From positions 10,389,056 to 10,440,069 of the forward strand of contig NC_068998.1 of the NCBI RefSeq assembly GCF_001194135.2: a DNA stretch of 51,014 nt. The letters run 5' to 3'. Origin of the DNA: Octopus bimaculoides. Taxonomy: Eukaryota. The position numbers and the translations under genes were made by a program. Under the pieces are notes generated by a model. That model was given only the letters and a program-made list of their open reading frames with translations, had not been told where the DNA came from and did not search any database. Shown piece by piece: positions 1 through 13,181 of this stretch. How positions within the stretch are numbered: position 1 is the first letter of the stretch; each line of letters starts with the position of its first letter.

Positions 1-54
<54 letters not shown>

Positions 55-615
55 CATATATATGACCACACTCGAATGGTGCTTTTTACGTGCCACCAGC
101 ACGATATATATATACATATAAATGTAGGTATGTTTGTCTATATTTATCTATCTATCTCCATACATAGATACACACATAGTGTAGATGCCCAATAAAATTG
201 TGCTGTGAGGTGGAGAGTGATCATCTAGGCTTTAATAAATATGATTTCTACCTGCCTGTTGCATAATTGACAATGTCGCCAACCTAACAAACCATAACAT
301 CATCTATCAATATTGAACATGGAAAGTTTTGTGTGTTCTGATGGTGACCATCATCAACATGATCGTAATCATGATGACGATGATGGTGATGATGATGATG
401 ATGATGATTCTGTCTGGCTTTATCACTCATTTGTTTTATATAAACTGCTGTTGTTGTTGTTGTTGCTGTTGTCAAACAGCCTTTGTTGGCTTTGATTATC
501 AAGCAGATCTTTAGCGGACGTTGCACATTCCTAGCTTCAGTTAGGTTTTCAGATCATGCTGGTCAACTACTCTGCTATGCTGTGCTCTACAGTTACAACC
601 ACTACATCTTCATAT

Positions 616-646
<31 letters not shown>

Positions 647-1155
647 GTCGCCAGCACTGTAACCACAACTTCATAGTTAATAGTGCTACCATACTTTTGC
701 AGTCACTACCCCAACACTATTACTACTCACAAGTACTACCACTACCACCAGCACCACCATTATATCACACTAATTATGTTTCCACTACCGTCACTACCAC
801 ACCTGACCACCAACACCAACACCGCTTCTACATTGTGCTAGCTACTACCCATCATTTTCACTAGTATCATCAACATGCATGACCACCACCACCACCACCA
901 TACCGATACAGTGACCGCTACCACACTTAAATGACTACTACTATCAACACAACACTTTTAAAGTGACCAACACCCACCACAGCAGATGTATACCGCTCTG
1001 TCACACTTTTACAGTTACAATGCTACTACCATCATTATCATAACCACCACCACCCCCACACCTACATGCACACATCTATAGCTACCATATTCCTGTTTAC
1101 AATGGTTCAATCTTAGCACAACCGTCCAGAGTGATGGATAAAGAGACATGTTTAA

Positions 1156-1372
1156 CCTTTTAGTATTTAAACCGGTCATATCTGGCCCAAATATTGTACC
1201 TGCTTTATGTTCAGACCATACAGATCTGGCCTCTCACATGTACCTTACAATGTCATTCTAAAAATTCTCAATAACATCATCAAAATCTTTAAGCTATGGA
1301 GATAATGCATGATTAATTGAAAATTATATGAATAAATAAGCATTACATTTGACAAAGTAATCTGCTAAATGG
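1156..1372. mobile_element. piggyBac-like MITE with TTAA target duplication
   Basis: TTAA (1152-55) CCTTTTAGTA ... TGCTAAATGG TTAA (1373-76). A 5' fragment of the same family at 28409-28482 is cut by a SINE. Confidence 0.65.
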
Positions 1373-2462
1373 TTAACAAATATAACTATAATAACAATTA
1401 CAGAAGTGAAACCCCCACCACCAGCCCTTAAACTTCTATCTTGCCCCTTTCTTCATACTATGCTTTCTTGCCAGTCTATCTACATTGCTTGATAAATTAT
1501 TAATTATCTTAAATATTGATTTCTAAAAAAAGGTGCAATGTCTCAAATTTAAAGCAAACCTGAACTGGGTTTATGTGACATTCTTGTTTTTGTTGCCTAT
1601 CTTCAGATTAGTCCTGACTGAGTATAGAGCTAAAATGAAGGACATCGCAACTCTCACCACATCCTTGTCTTGAATATTGCATGTCTAGGACTTCATTATC
1701 CAATGTGTCGTTCCCTTTTTAAGAAAGTGAAGTGTATAATTTACAGGGGATTTGGCTGCTATAGATTGAGTTATCACATGGTGGAGTTTTCATTGGCTTG
1801 TCAAGATCAATTCTTTATGTAAAGTGAAATGGCTATAACTTGAAGTAAACCTGACTTGATGTCCAGCTAACCAGGATCTTGTCTTCTGCTTCATGTCACT
1901 TGTCCCATTCTTTATCCTCTGTCTATAAAAGGTCTCTGTAGGCTTTTGTGTCATATTCTGTCCATCTGCTGAATATTTTATTCTACCTTATTTTAGTTCA
2001 TGCAGCTGTTTTTAGTTGCTTTCGTAGCATATAAAAATGTTTTGAGTTATTTGTGGAGAATTAAGTGACATCTTGTTTCCATTGGAGGAGTATGAAAGTG
2101 GTTACACACCAAGCTGGTTTACTAGCAGTATGGTCAGGAAAGCTTATTCCCATGGCTGTTGTGATGAGCACCTGCACAAGGAGCTTCATTTCTCTGCTTG
2201 CTTAAGACAAGAGAGCCAACTTTTAATTGTAATTCACTGTCAAGTAGTGGTTTGCCAGTAGAAATAAGCATCCAGCTGATGAAATAGGAGAGGTTAAACA
2301 CAGAAACCAAAACCAAGAACAAAAGAAAACTACAAATAACAACTCCAGTATTATGTGTGAAAATTTCCCAAATTTGCCTGAAGGTCATTCTTTTCATAAA
2401 CTAACATAGTAACACTGATGTGGAATACGGCAAATGTAATTAAAAATAAATAAAAACCAATA

Positions 2463-2551
<89 letters not shown>

Positions 2552-3352
2552 CAGCAGCTGTTAATTCAGTTATCAATAGTTTTCTTGTGAATTTTGGAAA
2601 AAAGAACNNNNNNNNNNGCAGCTGTTAATTCAGTTATCAATAGTTTTCTTGTGAATTTTGGAAAAAAGAACTTGTATGGCATCAGAGTTCTTATAAGGAT
2701 TTCAGAATGTCAATATTTCTTTTTCTTCTTTTACAATTTGTTTAAAATTTTTTTTTTTTTTTGTGCCTAAATTTTTCATTTTGGCTTTATCTGAAATGGA
2801 AGCACATTACTCATAGCCTTTGTAGATTCTCTGGGACAGGTGGGGAAGAGGGAAGATTTTACACTGATTGGTTGGGAGCAGGTGTTGTTGGGCAGCCTCT
2901 GCATTGCAGTAGCGCATCTCCCTCCTGATTCATTCAGCCTGCACAGTTCCTCCGAGGATGCTCTTTGCTGAGTATCTGAGGCGACTGGTACATTCACTGT
3001 GAAGAAATTAGATTGCTCAGAGCAAGCCCTGCTAGCTTGTATAGGAAAAGCATAGAATGATAGATTGTAACAAAGCTAAAGAAGCCATTGTGTAGGTAGT
3101 AGTGGTGTTAAACCAGGCAAAAAATTAAGTATACACATCTAAGAACAGGTAGGGTCTAAACTACAAACTTCCAGTGTTTCCATCTATCTAATTTTTCTGC
3201 CCAAGTTCTAGCTCAGACACTGGCACAAGATGCTGCACAGCTGGATTGAACCTGGATCCACTTGATTGTAAAGTGTACTTTTCCAGTCCTCCCTGATGCG
3301 CTTCTTCTCACTTTTCTAAAATTTGAGTTGTCATGTAGCTACTTTACCTGAG

Positions 3353-3595
3353 TGGAGGCATGTGGCTTAGTGGTTAGGGTACTGGACTCATGACAGTAAG
3401 ATTACAGTTTTGATTCCTGGACTAGGCAACACATTGTGTTCTTAAGCAAAACACTTCGTTTCACATTGCTTCTGTCTACTCAGCTGGCAAAAATGAGTAT
3501 TCCTGCGGCGGACCAGCATCCCGTCCAGTGGGAAATATGTACGCCTTGTAAACCAGAAAACCAGCCCTTGTGAGTTGTCATGACTCAAGAAGGTA
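3353..3595 (+). mobile_element. tRNA-derived SINE (CORE-like central domain + tail B)
   Basis: Box A-like TGGCTTAGTGG, box B-like TTTGATTCC; central TTAAGCAAAACACTT..CAGCTGGCAAAAATGAGT; tail homologous to 44270-44360. Confidence 0.7.
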
Positions 3596-4485
3596 ATTTT
3601 TTTTTTTTTTTTTTTACTAGAAGAAACCAGTTCTACCTTGGCCTCTTATTTCATACTTTTACTCCTCATCTCCTTTCACGAAGCTGTCCCCTCGGAGTTT
3701 CTAGTCTTGCAAACTGCTTAATGACATCACTAGTGCTAGTGGCACAAAAAAAAAAAAAAAAGCACCCGGTACATGCTGTAAAGTGGTTGATTTTAGGAAG
3801 GACATCCAGGCATAGAAAGCATGCCAAATCAGACACTGGAGCACAATGCAGTCCTTGACTCTGTCAAATCCTCTCAAACCATCTGACCCATGCCAGCATG
3901 GAACATGGATGTTAAATGATGATGAGGATGATGTTAACTTTCCAGCCACATGGCTACTGCCTGATCTATTTTCATCTGTTTTCAACATAGAAAGCACAAA
4001 CAAGCATCAGCAGGGAAACTTTCAGATTATTTTAGTATCAGTCATCTTATCACGTTTGGTTTTTGATTCCGTTTTGATTGTCTTGTAGCATGTGTTGGTC
4101 ACGTCAGATTAGTTCTTTGGAAAATAGAGGACATATTCAATTATTCTTTAAATAACCAAATTTAGAAGCACCATTTTGAAGAACTCATATCACCCTTTCA
4201 TTCTCTCTGTCTTCCTTTTTCCTTTTTGTTTTCTATTTTCTTTGTGTTTTTGTTTGTATGTTTGTTACTGTCTGTCTTTGTCTTTATAATCTTTCTTTGT
4301 GTCTCTTTCTTTCATTTTCATTCCTTCTTGTTCACCTCCTGTATTTTCTCTAACATTTGAAAATTTCCAATAGCTGTTTTCCTGCTCTGTCATTTTAATT
4401 CATTTTTATTTGTTTATATTTATTTATTTTGTTTTATTTTATTTTATTTATCTATTTAATTAATTAATTTATTATTATCATTATT

Positions 4486-5158
4486 GCGAGAAGCTGGCAG
4501 AATTTTTAGCACATTGGACAAAATGTTCAGCTGCACTTCCTCCAGCTCTTTTATGTTCTGAGTTCAAATTCTAGCAAGGTCAACTTTGCTTTTCATTCTT
4601 TGAGGGTCAATAGAATCAGTTCAAGTTGAGCACTGGGGTTGATGTGATTGACTACCCCCCCCCCCCCCTACAAATATCAGGCCTGGTGTTTATATCAGAA
4701 ACAATTATTATTTCAGCATTGAACAATCAGAATCATTTGTGTATCAAACAAAATGCTTAACTGCATTTCCTCTGGTCCTTTAAGCTCTGAGTTCAAATTC
4801 TGGCAAGACCAGCTCTACTTTTCATCCTTTCAAGATCGATGGAATAAAGCACCACTCAAACGCTGGGGTTCATATAACTGACTTGCGTCCCTTCTCCTTA
4901 CATTGCTGGCCATGTGCCAAAATTTGAAGCTATTATTATCATTAAGGTGGCGAGCTGGCAGAATCGTTAGCACGCTTGACGAAATGCTTAGCAGTATTTC
5001 GTCTGCTGCTACGTTCTGAGTTCAAATTCCATCGAGGTCAGGATCGATTAAATAAGTACCAGTTATGCACTGGGTTGATGTAATTGACTTAATCCCTTCC
5101 CCTAAATTTGAGGCCTTGTGTTTCCAGTAGAAAGTATTATTATTATCATTATTATCAA

Positions 5159-5197
<39 letters not shown>

Positions 5198-5389
5198 GGC
5201 GGCGAGCCCGGCAGAAATGTTAGCACACCAGACAAAATGCTTAGCAGTATTTCGTCTAGGTTGACTTTGCCTTTCATCCTTTTGAGGGGGGGAGGGTCAA
5301 TAAAATAAGTACCAGTTGAGTACTGGGGTTGATGTAATCAACTTACCCTTTTCCTAAAATTGCTGGCCTTGTGTCAGTGTTTGAAATCA

Positions 5390-5421
<32 letters not shown>
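4486..5421 (+). mobile_element. Head-to-tail cluster of 4 (ATT)n-tailed SINE copies
   Basis: Repeated GGCGAGCTGGCAGAA..TTAGCA, GAGTTCAAATTC (box B), GACTTTGCCTTTCATCC and CTGGGGTTGATGTAAT modules separated by (ATT)n. Confidence 0.85.
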
Positions 5422-5425
<4 letters not shown>

Positions 5426-5718
5426 TTTACACATATAACGTAGCATTCTTTCTTTACCTTTTCACACTTCCTCTCAACAATCTCTCACATTCATTCATAC
5501 ATACATACACGCATATAAGCATAGCCCCCATACACCTACATATAAATATTAGCAACAACAACAATGGCAACAATAACAACAACAATAATGATGATGTATG
5601 CTCTCTCTCTCTCTCTCTCTCTCTCTTATACTATGATTACCTTGCTGTTAAATCCTGTTTGTGGCTTGAACCTTCAATATTTTTTGCCCATGTTATGCTT
5701 TCTTTCTGTTTGCTGCAG

Positions 5719-5795
5719 GATGCTCTCCCGACCCACAGGGGATGATGGACACACAATCAGACAAAAAGCGAAGTGACCTTCCCAGATACCCTTAA
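5719..5795 (+). CDS. Candidate alternative phase-1 exon of intersectin (terminal exon of a short form, or a 54-nt cassette ending at 5772): x-CSPDPQGMMDTQSDKKRSDLPRYP*
   Basis: Strong acceptor TTTCTTTCTGTTTGCTGCAG| (AG 5717-18), a GC-richer non-repetitive island, and an open phase-1 frame to TAA 5793-95. No transcript evidence. Confidence 0.4.
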
Positions 5796-5952
5796 CTGCT
5801 GCTGCCGCCGCTGCTGCTCTTTGTGGCTGCTACAGACAGCTGTACGCGGGAGTAACAATCTGAAAGTTCAAACCAACAACACTTCATTCATTTCCTGCAT
5901 GCCAAATATAAATAGTTGCATAACTTAATGAATGTTGTTATTATTATTATCA

Positions 5953-5999
<47 letters not shown>

Positions 6000-6632
6000 A
6001 ACATTATTATTATAATTATTATTACTTTTAATAATTTTTTCCAATTAATTCTTCCCCACTCCTTCTGCCATTCCCATGCACACACTTATCTTTATTACAA
6101 CTTTTTATAAAGTAATATCTTCAATTTATGTGTGTGTGTGTGTGTATGTGTACACATAAACAGATACACACATGAATATATATATATATATATATGTATA
6201 TGTTCGTTATGTTAAGATTGGAATACTTTAATTTGCCCCTATTCTAATAACACCCACTATGGTTTCCACATCCTTGCTATCTCTTTCACACTCTCATGTA
6301 CATGAGCTCTCACTTCCATGCATATATATAACTTAAGAAAAAGAAATACTTCTTTTATTTTATTTTTGAGCCATCCAAAGCATGTCTTTGTCCTCATTCA
6401 CTTTAACTGAAATTTTAATTTGTTACTTTGTTTTTAAATAAGTATTTCAAGAAATAAAATAAAATATATATATATTTTTTTTTAAAGTAACCAAATTCCT
6501 CCTCCCCCTTCTGGTACACCATCGAACACTACAATCTCTGAAGCACATCCTTTTTACATACTTCTTTTTCTTTATCTTTTTTCTATTTTGTCTGTTCATT
6601 TTCCTTCATTTTCTCATGACATTCTCATCCTC

Positions 6633-6672
<40 letters not shown>

Positions 6673-6999
6673 ATGTATTTATGCATTTGTGCCTGTGTAT
6701 GTGTTTGTGTAAATTAAATGTAATTTGAAAGGAAAATATCTCATTATGGATCTTTTTCAATGTGCATAGAATCCTCATATCACCTGTTGATTGTTGCAAA
6801 CATGCTATATAACTACTGAAAATCACAAGCTAGTTTTTATGTTTAAATGGGCACATACAAGTTAGGCATTAATCTACAACGATCTGACAAAATATACACA
6901 ACATATCTCATGCTTGGTTGGGCTGGTGTATGAATGAGAGTGCTCCAGATGTCATCTACACTGAATTATAAAGAGATCTGGTGAAATCTGTACCACCAA

Positions 7000-7198
7000 G
7001 AAAATGGTGATGGTCTGTGTTGGTAGTATAATTAGTTTCATAGCAGAATTCAGTAACCTCTATTGCTGTGAGGAATGTAGAGTCTATCATTTCCAGCATT
7101 CTGCTTTGTTTGACAGTGAGGAACAAAGAAAAAACTCATCACTTGTCTTCAGTCCAAGCACCAAAATTTCTTCTCCATTTCTTACTGTCACATGAAAG
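7000..7198 (+). other. Candidate alternative first exon ending ATG AAA G|GTAAGA (phase 1); 5' end approximate
   Basis: Near-consensus donor at 7199. ATG 7192 is the first in-frame ATG after stop TGA 7117-19. TATAAAG at 6967-73. Confidence 0.3.
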
Positions 7199-7895
7199 GT
7201 AAGACATGGAATGATAGTTAGGTTCAACCCTCCTTATAACAACTGAACTTGCCTAACTCTCCTATAAAAAAAAAAACATTTGAAATTTATTAAATTTTTT
7301 CTCGATTATTAACCAATAAAAATGTAGTATAGAGACAATATTAAAATTTTTCTCATCCATTTGAGATGTATTTGTATATAATTTTTTTAACGGTAAATTT
7401 TAAACTAACTGTTGCTAAATGCTTATCAATGTTAAAGCTATTAATAATTAACGCAATTAATGATACATGCTATTAAGTGTTAAAAGCTATTGATGTTTAA
7501 AGAATATTATTATTATATGAAATAAAATTATTCAGTACACACTGCTGGAAGACCTAGCTTGCAAAACTTACTACAGTAAAAGGATAAGCAGAATGGAGGA
7601 ATGTGTCTGCTATATAGGAAGAATTGGCTTTAATGCAAAGGGAAAAAATTGTAATATAAGAATATTATATCTGCAGCATATTAAGAGTGGATTAGGGTGG
7701 AAGGGTGGAGCAAACTATGATATAAGTGCTTGATTTAATTACCTAATTAGAAAGCAGGAATTAGCCTGAGGCTGGTGGAAGTGGCATTTTCCTTGGTATG
7801 TAGTGGTTGTTAGTTGATTCATATTTTCAGCAAAAAACAGATGAAAAGTTGAATTTCTTATTAAGGATGTACCTCATACATTTATTATTATTATT

Positions 7896-8570
7896 AAGGC
7901 AGTGAGCTGGCAGTATTGATAGCACGCTGGGCAAAATGCTTAGCGGTATTTTGTCTGCCGTTACGACCTGAGTTCAAATTCCTCTGAGGTCGAATTTGCC
8001 TTTCATCCTTTCGAGGTCGATAAATTAAGTACCAGTGAAACACTGGGGTCGATGTAATCCACTAGTCCCTTCCCTAGAAATTTCAGGCTTTGTGCCTGTT
8101 GTAAAAAGGATTATTATTATTAAGGTAGCAAGCTGGCAGAATCATTAGCACGCTGGATAAAATGCTTAGTGGTATTTCACCCGTCACTACGTTCTGAGTT
8201 CAAATTCTGCCAAGGTCGACTTTGCTTTCATCGTTTCGGGGTTGATAAAATAAGTATCAGTGAAGCACTGGGGTCAATGTAAACAACTTACCCCCTCTTC
8301 CAAAATTTCAGGCCTTGTACCTATAGTAGAAAGGATTATTATTATCATCATCATCATCATTATTACTATTGAGATGGTGAGGTGGCACAGTTGTTAGCTC
8401 ACCAGACAAAATACTTAGTGTCTTTACGTTCTGAGTTCAAATTCCACAGAAGTCTTCGAAGTTGATGAAATAAGTACCAGTTGAGCACTAAGGGTGATAT
8501 AATTGACTAGCCCCTTTCCCCAAAATCTTGGGCCTTGTGCATATTGTAGAAAAGACCATCATCGTTATTA
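7896..8570 (+). mobile_element. Head-to-tail cluster of 3 copies of the same (ATT)n-tailed SINE
   Basis: Heads at about 7896, 8121 and 8371; same modules as 4486-5421. Confidence 0.85.
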
Positions 8571-8663
8571 TTGCTTTCAAATTTCAATTACATATTTACC
8601 AAATTTGTATGAAAATGTATGCATGTTTGTAGAAGTTGATGTACACAAATTTTCTCACACAAG

Positions 8664-8696
<33 letters not shown>

Positions 8697-8795
8697 CTTG
8701 TATGTATATATACATGCATACACAAAAATATGTGTTTGTATGCATGTATATATGAGTATAAATGTATATACATATATGAACATACACACATGCAG

Positions 8796-8829
<34 letters not shown>

Positions 8830-9520
8830 CATTCGGCAGTGTGTCTTCAAGATTTGAGATTCATTGTTAAATGGCTTATTTACATATTTATGAATGCTTC
8901 TACATTTATTTTCTCTCTCTCTCTCCCTCTTTCTCTCTCTCTCCCTCTTTCTCTCTCTCCCCCTCTTTCTCTCTCTCTCCTTCTTTCTCTCTCTCTCCCT
9001 CTTTCTCTCTCTCTCCCTCTTTCTCTCTCAGCATATACATAAAGATCCATTGTTGCCACCACCACCACCACCACCAATAATAATACTCATACGCCTTTCT
9101 TGCTGTCCCACAGTTTTCAATCATTCTCATCTCAGTCATCATCGTTCTCTTCTCTTCATCCATTTTGCCTACCTGTCTGTCTGTCTGTTGCCTGTTTTTT
9201 TTTTTTTTACCCCCCATTTTTTTGTTTCCGTTGCTTGATATTTGTGCTTATTTTTCTTTAGTTTTTGTGTTAATCATATAACGTGGTTGTTGTTGTTGTT
9301 GTTGTTTTATTGATTTGTCGCCCATTTTCATCTCCTAGCAACCATTCTGTGCACCTTCTAACATGTGCAATATTTTATATTTAACAAGTGACATGTGGCT
9401 TGGTATCACTCTTTCTCTGTATTTTCCAAAACAGGGGATCCAAGTTAGAAGAAAACATGACTATTATTGTTTCTATAAGAATGATTACTATTATTATTAT
9501 TATTATTATTATTATTATGG

Positions 9521-10067
9521 AAGGCGGTGAGCTGGTAGAACCATCAGTGTGTTGGACAAAATGCTTAGCAGTTTTTCCCATCTGTTCACATTCTTAGTTC
9601 AAATTCCACGGAGGTCAACTTTGCCTTCAATTCTATTGGGGTTGGTAAAATAAAGTACCAGTCAGGTACTGGGGTCGATATAATTGAATAGCCTCCTCCC
9701 CCAAAATTTCAGGCCCTGTACCTTTAGTAGAAAGAATTGTTATCAATGTTAATATTATTATTCTTATTATTAGTAAGGCCTGTAAGCTAACAGAATCTTT
9801 GGGACGCTGGACAAAATTCTTAGGCGGTTGCAGCTTTGTGTTGAATTCGAATTCTGCTGAAGGTGACTTTGCCTTTAATGCTTTTGGGGTGGTGAAAATA
9901 AATACTGGTTGTGTACTTGGGTCAATGTAATTGAATTACTTCCTCCCTGCCTTTCATCTTTCCAAAGTCAATACAATAATTAACAGTTAAGCACTGGGGT
10001 TAATGTAATCGGCTAGCCCCCCCCCTCTCCCCTCAACATTTCAGGCTTTGTACTTATTACAGAAAGG

Positions 10068-10101
<34 letters not shown>

Positions 10102-10867
10102 GTGTGTGGGTTGGCAGAATTGGCTGAGCACCTGACAAAATGCGTTGGTGTATTTAGTTATGTCCCTCTAACTTGCTGGGTTGAGAAAACAAAATGCTGG
10201 GGTAGGATTTTCACTTCCGCCATCATAATTATATTGGTGCAAATGTAACATCTTTTGCTGAACTAAATGTGAAAGCTGGTTTTGTCACTTGTCAGTGGGT
10301 TCTTCTTGGGAAAGACATGTGCATCAGAAAATCCTGTGTCCATCTTTCTTCTAAGTTTTGAGGGTCTTGTGCTTTATTGTAAAAGATGAAGAAAATTATT
10401 ATTATTGATATTATCATTATTATTATGAAAGGCACGGGAGTTAGCTAAAATGGTAAAACATCAGGCTAGCTGCTTCACAGCATTTTTATTGTGTCCTAGA
10501 TTCTGTATTCAAATCCTGCTAAGACTATCTTTTGCCTTTCATTAGTTTCTGCGACTCTCTCTCAGACTGTGGAAACAAATATCAGGAGATTGACAATGCA
10601 TCACAATCTTTATCTTTGGGAAAAAAATTAAAAAAAGAAAAAAGAAAGAAAAAATGGGGCTTGTGCCTTGCTGGATGAAATGCCTTGTTGCAGGATTCTC
10701 TTATGTCCATGATGGGCTGCATACAAATCCTACTATGTGTGGTTTTTGCCTTTCATCATCTAGTGATTAATAAATCAAATACCAGTTATAAAACTGGGCT
10801 CACTTCAATTTCTTTTTTAATCTTCCCTCTCCCTTCCCTGTAAATTTGTCAACTTATGGTGATGGAA

Positions 10868-10899
<32 letters not shown>

Positions 10900-11822
10900 T
10901 GACTTTGCCTTTCTTCCTTCTGGGGGTTAAAGTACTAATCAAATACTGGAGCCAATATAATCAATTGATTGTATCCACTGCTCCACGAAACAGTTTCTGG
11001 CCTTGTGCAAGAAATTGTTGTTGTTGTTATTATTATCATCATCATTATTATTATTATTATTATTATATAAGGTGGTGAGCTGGCAGAATCATTAGAGCCT
11101 TTCAGTAATTCTAATGACTCTTTACATTCTGAGATCAAATCCACCTGAAGTCAACTCTGCTTTACCTCCCTCCAAGAGGAAGGAAATGAAGTACAAGTCA
11201 AATACTGGGGTGGTAGGATGTAGTCAACTAACCCCTTCCCCTCAGAAATTGCTGGCCCTCTTCCTAAATTAGAAACATTATTATTATTATTATTATTATT
11301 AAGGCAGTGAATGGCAGAAATTGTAGAGTGATGGACAAAAATACCTTGATGTATTTAGTTACATCTCTCTACACTCTGAGTTCAAATCCCACTATTACTC
11401 ATATACTTGGATTAGTCATATACTTGGATTAATATAATCAGTCTTGATCCTTCTCAAAATTGGCAGCCTTAGAAATGACTACTGGGGTACAGAGTCAATA
11501 AAAATAAAATAGCAGTCACGTACTGGAGTCAGTTTACTGGACTAGATTTCATCCCCTAAACAATTATTACTAGTAGTATTATTAGGGTGTTGGATTGGCA
11601 GAATTGTTACGGTTTGGGTAAAGATGTCTTGGGGTTATTTAGTTACAGCCCTTTACTGTCTGAGTTCCAATACTGCCAAAGTCAACTCTGCCTTTTATCA
11701 CTTTCAGTTTCAATGAAATAAAATAAAGTACCAGTTAAATACTGGGGTTGATATATTCTACTATTCTCTCTCCCCTAAAATTCCTGGCCTTGTGCCGCTA
11801 TAAAAGACGAATTTGTTATTAT
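9521..11822 (+). mobile_element. Head-to-tail cluster of about 8-10 full and partial copies of the (ATT)n-tailed SINE
   Basis: Heads at about 9521, 9774, 10101, 10427, 11069, 11300 and 11583, plus headless tails; all on +. Confidence 0.8.
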
Positions 11823-11881
11823 TAAAATTCTGATTACTTCTGAATTTCTTCATCAACACTGTTTTCCATTATAATGATAAA

Positions 11882-11951
<70 letters not shown>

Positions 11952-12352
11952 TTGCATGTTGTATTACATACAAAGTAATATCACTAACAAAGTAAAGACG
12001 TACTTGATATGTATTGTAAAATTAATATTTATTGTCATATGATATAATAGTTACATCTCTCACTACAATTTCATTACTTTCTGTTTGATGCCAAGAAAAA
12101 AAAAACAAGTAAAGGAAGTGATTGTCTTATGTTCCTTGTAAAAAAAACAAAAGCAAAAGAACCAAACATTATTTCAAATGTTATTGTTATATTCTTTATT
12201 CATTCTGACATACATCCCTGCTTACATTTCTAAATATGAGGCATGCGTTCAATGTATTGCCGCTTCTATATATTTTAATTCTCTCTCTGTCTCTCCCCTC
12301 TTTTAAATACTCTATCTACAAGCATGTTTCACTTTGTTTTAAAAAGCAAAAC

Positions 12353-12390
<38 letters not shown>

Positions 12391-13113
12391 NNNNNNNNNN
12401 TATATGTATTCATTCATCATTTGATCATAGGTTAAAGAATAAATTTATACTTGATTATATGTTATGTATATCAGGTTGACCGGGATTGGAGTTTCATCTG
12501 TAGTGACATAGCCAATCTGTATACTGTTTGAAACAGCCGCTATTGACAAAACTTGAATCCCTAATCAACCCAGTGTGGATAATAAATTTCGACTCTACAA
12601 AAACAAAAAAAAAAAAAGGAAGAAGTCATTAAATCATTGAGCTTCTTCATTAGGATATGTTTGTTTCTGTTTATAACATATTTTAACAACCCTTACATTA
12701 AACACACACACACACACACATATATATAAGAATGACAAAAGAATAGATAATTATGTGTATGAACGTCATTACAGTTCTTTCTACTATAAGATACAATGCA
12801 CTAATACTTGAAAGCTTCAGTATCACACTATAGCTTCACTTCATGTTTGAAGGTCCAATGAAGTTGTAGCATGATGCTTGTAGCAGAAACAACTGTAAGC
12901 TAATGAAGTTCATTATGATATGATTTCTTTTTTTTTTTTTTTTTTTTTTTCATTTCAATTTTTTATTACCCTTCTGTACTCGACTGCCGCTTCATTCTGA
13001 AGCGTATGTATTTTGAGTCCTAACACCAGAGTTTTAGTACCGTTATGTCAAGATGAAATGTCAATAAATAAATGTGTGTGTATGTGTATATACATAACCA
13101 TCCTATGAGAGTA

Positions 13114-13181
<68 letters not shown>

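Noticed and set aside
284-1100. Poly-H/D/M/Y/T ORFs, and similar ORFs at 30900-32800, 36100-37500 and 40300-42800
   Set aside because: Translations of trinucleotide microsatellites, which stay open in several frames at once; no splice or codon evidence.
2554-2671. Exact 54-bp direct duplication (2554-2607 = 2618-2671)
   Set aside because: The two copies abut a 10-N gap, a typical unmerged contig overlap, so this is an assembly artefact.
8503-9238. 179-aa and 114-aa ORFs with SLSLPL repeats
   Set aside because: Built from (TA)n, (CA)n and an 18-bp CT-rich repeat.
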